Shown: piece after piece, positions 59,950-64,000 of the stretch
Layout: every line of letters begins with the position of its first letter
How positions within the stretch are numbered: the first letter of the stretch is position 1
Assembly (NCBI GenBank): GCA_965603825.1
Contig: CBFDEM010000038.1
Location: 372,001 to 436,000 of the forward strand
Reading direction: 5' to 3'
Source of the DNA: Blepharisma stoltei ATCC 30299
Taxonomy: Eukaryota; Protista; Ciliophora
DNA length: 64,000 nucleotides
Position numbers and translations under genes: made by a program
The notes under the pieces: model-generated
The model's database searches: none
Told to the model about the DNA's origin: nothing
The model's input: only the letters and a program-made list of their open reading frames with translations

Positions 59950-62900
59950 AAACGATGGAGTCTCTGTATCTGACCATGCAAATGTGCAGGAGCTTTACAA
60001 TTAGCCTCAATTAGAACTCTTCCCACCACAAAGATTCGGTTATGATTCTTTGTTTAGCCCAAACGTATAAGCAGACCACACAAAAATTATCGTTTCCGTT
60101 GTCACATTTGCAATAGTGCATGGATTATTATTCTCCTAAATGATAACAAGGTGCTTTTTTGTCTGGAAAATCATGGCCAGTTATACTAATTCGGTCCCAT
60201 CATCAATTCACAACAATTGTAGGGCTGATTGGCAGGATATCTCATTGCTTAGTGGCTCTTTGAAATGAGCATAGCCATATTGAGCTATAAATATTCACAT
60301 TTGAATTACCCCCCGGTCCTCCCAACATCTCAAGTGGATTTCAGTGATTATTGAGCTCTTCACGAAGTACATTTGTTTTCCGATTTTAACAGAAAATCTT
60401 CAGAATCTGAAAGTAAGGCGCCTTGGATCACAATATCTGTTTGGAAAGTGGTGCCTGCCTACTATCTGGGCTCACTGAAGTAACTTGATGAGTGCTGTTT
60501 GAGCTATAAAGAGAATAGGCTAATTCAGCTTGTTCCCATTTACAAATAATTCTAAATCTTCTCCTGAGCCTGTCTATTCACTTGTAATACATTGGATTTA
60601 AGTAGTTGATGTGCTTATTACTTTGCAAGGAGAATCTTGAGCTTATTCAACTTGTTAGTAGCTCGGTTATTTAGGTAATTACTCACTTGATGCCTCCCAT
60701 GATACTGCCTGAAACAGGAGAAAATGAATCTACAGATAGAGAAAGCTAATCGTATCAGTAAAAGATGAATCTATCAGAATAGTTATTTGCTCAGAAATTG
60801 TTACTATTGGCTAGTAGCTTCCATAAATGTTCAAGTTATTTTGGAAACAGTTGTAGAAATATCAGTACAGTCAGAGTAGCCTAAAGAGACTGAAAGAACA
60901 CTTGTATCTGTAGGGAATTTGTCCCTATCATAATAAGTGTGCTCAAAGGCAAAGCTGGCAATTTTGGCAAATGATGGGTATGAGAGGTACTCAAAGCTGC
61001 AGTCTCCTCTCTTAAAGCATTGCCCACCAAAACTCTTGTCTAAGGGAGGATTCAGCCGTCCTCAAGAAGCTTGATGGGATTGCAGACCAGTATGCATCAT
61101 CAGTCAGCTAATGCACTGGGCCTATATTAATTGTAATATTTGGAATATCTGATGATCCTTCTATATTTTCTCTATTAAAATTGGTATCTACAATAGAGAT
61201 GCTATCAAAGTCCTTTCCATCAAGCATATACTATGGTAGGGCTAAGAGGACTTTAAAACGAAATTCAGGGCCATAAATGACTAAATTGTTTTCAAAATGC
61301 TTAACCTGCTGGTTAAATAGAACTGCAAATTGCCAACAGAAGTGCTGATATCAAACACAGAGAAATTGTATTTCTAAAGCTTAGCTTGACTGTCCTTTGA
61401 TTTTGGTTGGCCCGGATACTTCACGTTTGAAATTGGGTGATATCTGCTGAAAACTTGTATAGGGGTTTCCCCTATATCTCTTATCAGAGACCAAATAATT
61501 AAAAGTGAGGTTGTAAGCCAAAGCGTTTTTGTCTTGCCAAGATCATACATATGAATGTGAGCCTGCTAAGCCTAAATAATAAGTTTTTTTTGAGGATATT
61601 AGAATAAGTCCACATCCCAGCGTCTGCACTCCAGTTGATTGGGTAACTTACTTGTTCCACCTGAATTTGCACCAAAAATCGTAAGGGTTTTAACCTCATA
61701 TACTACGTCAGCAGGCAAAATCTGCAAATTTTATATAAGGCATAGCTTCTGGCAAGTAATAGTTCGACATTTTGACGCCAAAATCTAAGTGATTGATCCT
61801 TTCCCAAAGTGTGCCTTATTTCTATATAATAATTTTAATCTTTTTCTAGCTCAATATTGCCGCTTGGAACAGCTTTGCTAATTGTTCTCTCAAAGAGGTG
61901 TAGATTTGGCATTTAAAGACTTAGGTTTTAGCTCTATAATCATTACTTGTAGATAAGAAAGCTTGCAGTAGTCGTCAGAAAAATTGTAATTTCCGGCGAT
62001 GATTACCTTAAAGAGCCGTAAATTTTGTCTCTTATGTAGATGCCTTCATCTCTTGGGATCTGCGAAGTCGCTATATTAAAGGTAAAGTTAGGGGTTATGT
62101 TGGCTAAATCGTCAAAGTTTAAAGTAACCGTGGGTTGGTGGCTTTATACATTGATGAGCTTGTGCTATGAACTACTAGAGACGTGCTACATTTAATTTTT
62201 TTGTACTCAAGATTTGCCACGTCACAATCATTCCCATCAATCTCAACCCTGACCCATAATGATGTCAGCGGGAAGCTCTCTCTTTCTATCGTTAAAACTT
62301 GTCATCAGCTGTGCTTCCACTTGCAGAAATCTTATCAATACTTGCCAAAACTCTAAAATTATAATAAAAACATTCGAAAATATCTCACTGATATCCGTTC
62401 CAAAGATTCCACCATATCCATAAGGGCCATTAAGCTTAATAACCGAGTTTTTATTTTAATAATTATTGTTTCCTAGTAGTTGCCTCTAAAAGCCTAAGGG
62501 CTGATTGCAATAATTTTTTTGTAAAAAATTACAGTCATTTTTATTCTCTTGAAGCTTTTTTATAGCAATCTGTCTCCTAACACTTCAGCTATGTTCATGA
62601 TATCCAAAAATTCAAAAGTTTGGCTTGAATACAGTAGGTAAATGATCATATTTTGAGTATCAGTTTTTACATTTATCTACCTCCCAACAAAACTTATCTA
62701 GTCTCCTGGAACTACTTCGGCCAGATTCATGTAAAATATGACTGGGTGAATTCTATGATTAGGCCTTGGTCCACCAGAATTTCAGTGTTATAATAAAACG
62801 CAGTGATTTGAACTTTAGCTCCATTAGGGTGCTTTGACGGAGGGATTATGTACTGCAGGCAACTTGATGCTGCTCTTAATGGTCAAAAACGCCGCTTATG

Positions 62901-62980
62901 TAGAGAGTTGTAACTCCAGCTAATTAGCCTGCCAGGTATCCTATATTAAGAGAGAAGGATTTGCAGAGATACCTGAAATT
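59950..62980 (-). pseudogene. Decayed IPT/TIG-repeat + PA14 surface protein gene (fibrocystin-L/PKHD1L1-like)
   Basis: Fragments in shifting frames: LAGVTTLYISGVF (~62900), QVLTI...VRVEIDGNDCDVANL (~62250), AGNYNFSDDYCKL (~61980, PA14-like), SVDSFSPVSGSIMGG (~60710) and QVTSVSPDS (~60470). Many stops and frameshifts. Confidence 0.62.
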
Positions 62981-63519
62981 TCTATACAGTTTGAATAAAC
63001 AAAGCCTCAATAATTAGAGTTATTAACAGCATACTTTTAAAAACCATTCTTTTAAGTTCAAATTTTATGATAAAGATATATATAAAAATATATTTATAAT
63101 TGATATTATATCCATTTAAGCCAACAAATATGGATTTATTGATCATTTTATTTTCTAAGTGACACTTAAAAATGAATTTTTAGTTGGAGAGATTAAAAGA
63201 TTGAGATTATTAACTGAAATTAGCAAAGCATTCTGATACTTAAAACTTCTGTAAAAATGGCTAATTGTGGGGAGTTGCTGATATAATGTTATTTAAACAG
63301 TTAGCTCATAGAAAAGATTAATTTTTTAAACACCAATTTTTTGGAGCAAGGTTTAAATATTTTATAATTTCATATATATACCAGAGATAAGATATACAAT
63401 ATGTATATATTAATTAGATTTGAGTTAGATACGGGTGTGAATTTCATGTTGGGTCATATAAAAATTGTTCAAAAGGATATGGATTAATTTTCCTAATCTT
63501 TGATAATTTTCAATTTAAT

Positions 63520-63583
63520 CACTCTATCAAGGGAGTGAGAAACCTCGTTTGGCCCCGCCAGCCTTGGACACTCTATCAAGGGA
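63520..63583. repeat. 15-bp direct repeat CACTCTATCAAGGGA flanking a 34-nt GC-rich spacer
   Basis: Exact copies at 63520-63534 and 63569-63583. Confidence 0.8.
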
Positions 63584-64000
63584 CTTAAATAATATTTCTC
63601 TGATTGTTTGATTTAATTTTAGATTAAACTTATATAGATTAATTTCTTTAAAGTAAACTTTTTGCAGCAGATTTAAATTAATTCTGATTCATTTTTTAAT
63701 ATTATATCCTTATCGTAAAATTTTGATACTTAAATCCCTAAGTATATTATAATATAAAAACGCAAGACAATCATTCTCGATTAAGCAATAAAAAATAATT
63801 ACTAGAAAATAAATAATATTTTATAAAGCTACTTATAAAATTCAAATCAATAAAATAAATAATTATTTTCTAAAGGCATTACCAAAATGCAAATAAAATT
63901 TTTTCTTAACGATTTATAATTGCTTTTATTAATTTTAGCTTTCAAATAGTTTGCATATTAATTTTTCTTTAATTATAGTCCTTTTATCTTAATGTCAATA

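Noticed and set aside
63520-63583. CRISPR array or tet operator
   Set aside because: Only two 15-bp repeats, no cas genes, eukaryotic context, and only partial resemblance to tetO.
1-64000. Widespread pseudogenes or split genes implied by the ORF track
   Set aside because: The breaks are in-frame TGA at Trp positions or 15-16-nt introns; the genes are intact.
1-64000. UAG=Gln or UAR=Gln ciliate codes; selenocysteine for TGA
   Set aside because: TAA and TAG never occur in conserved exonic frames and do end genes. TGA aligns with Trp, not Cys.

Overview
This is eukaryotic, AT-rich, very gene-dense nuclear DNA from a ciliate, most likely the somatic (macronuclear) genome of a Blepharisma-like heterotrich. 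Two features read directly from the sequence support this. (1) TGA is a Trp codon while TAA and TAG are stops, so most fragments in the supplied ORF track join into single genes. (2) Introns are only 15-16 nt (GTA...A.....YAG); 12 were located. Positions 1-33.7 kb hold about 24 tightly packed genes: PIKfyve/FAB1, CWF18, a CFAP20-domain protein, CDC50, tRNA-Gly(TCC), ATG2, an RRM-SPOC protein, an SF-assemblin-like protein, two cytochrome b5 reductases plus a relic third copy, E2F, BBS4, a degenerate pyroglutamyl peptidase, two PP2Cs, a PB1+triple-HTH protein, NDC80, an NT5DC-type HAD nucleotidase, a mitochondrial helical-repeat protein, PAK1IP1/MAK11 and DDX5/DBP2. Positions 33.9-53.3 kb are a four-copy array of ~1400-aa multi-pass membrane PAS proteins (TmcB-like) with no recognisable output domain. 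The copies differ in tiny-intron content, and one carries a clean frameshifting deletion at a TATA junction. The divergent spacer within the array holds a long G-U-compatible hairpin between two degenerate direct repeats. After CHMP1 and a MYCBPAP-like gene, the window becomes gene-poor: a LamG/Cys-rich surface-protein gene lacking an obvious start, and a decayed IPT/TIG-PA14 (fibrocystin-L-like) pseudogene. All family calls come from motif recognition by eye; no searches were run.
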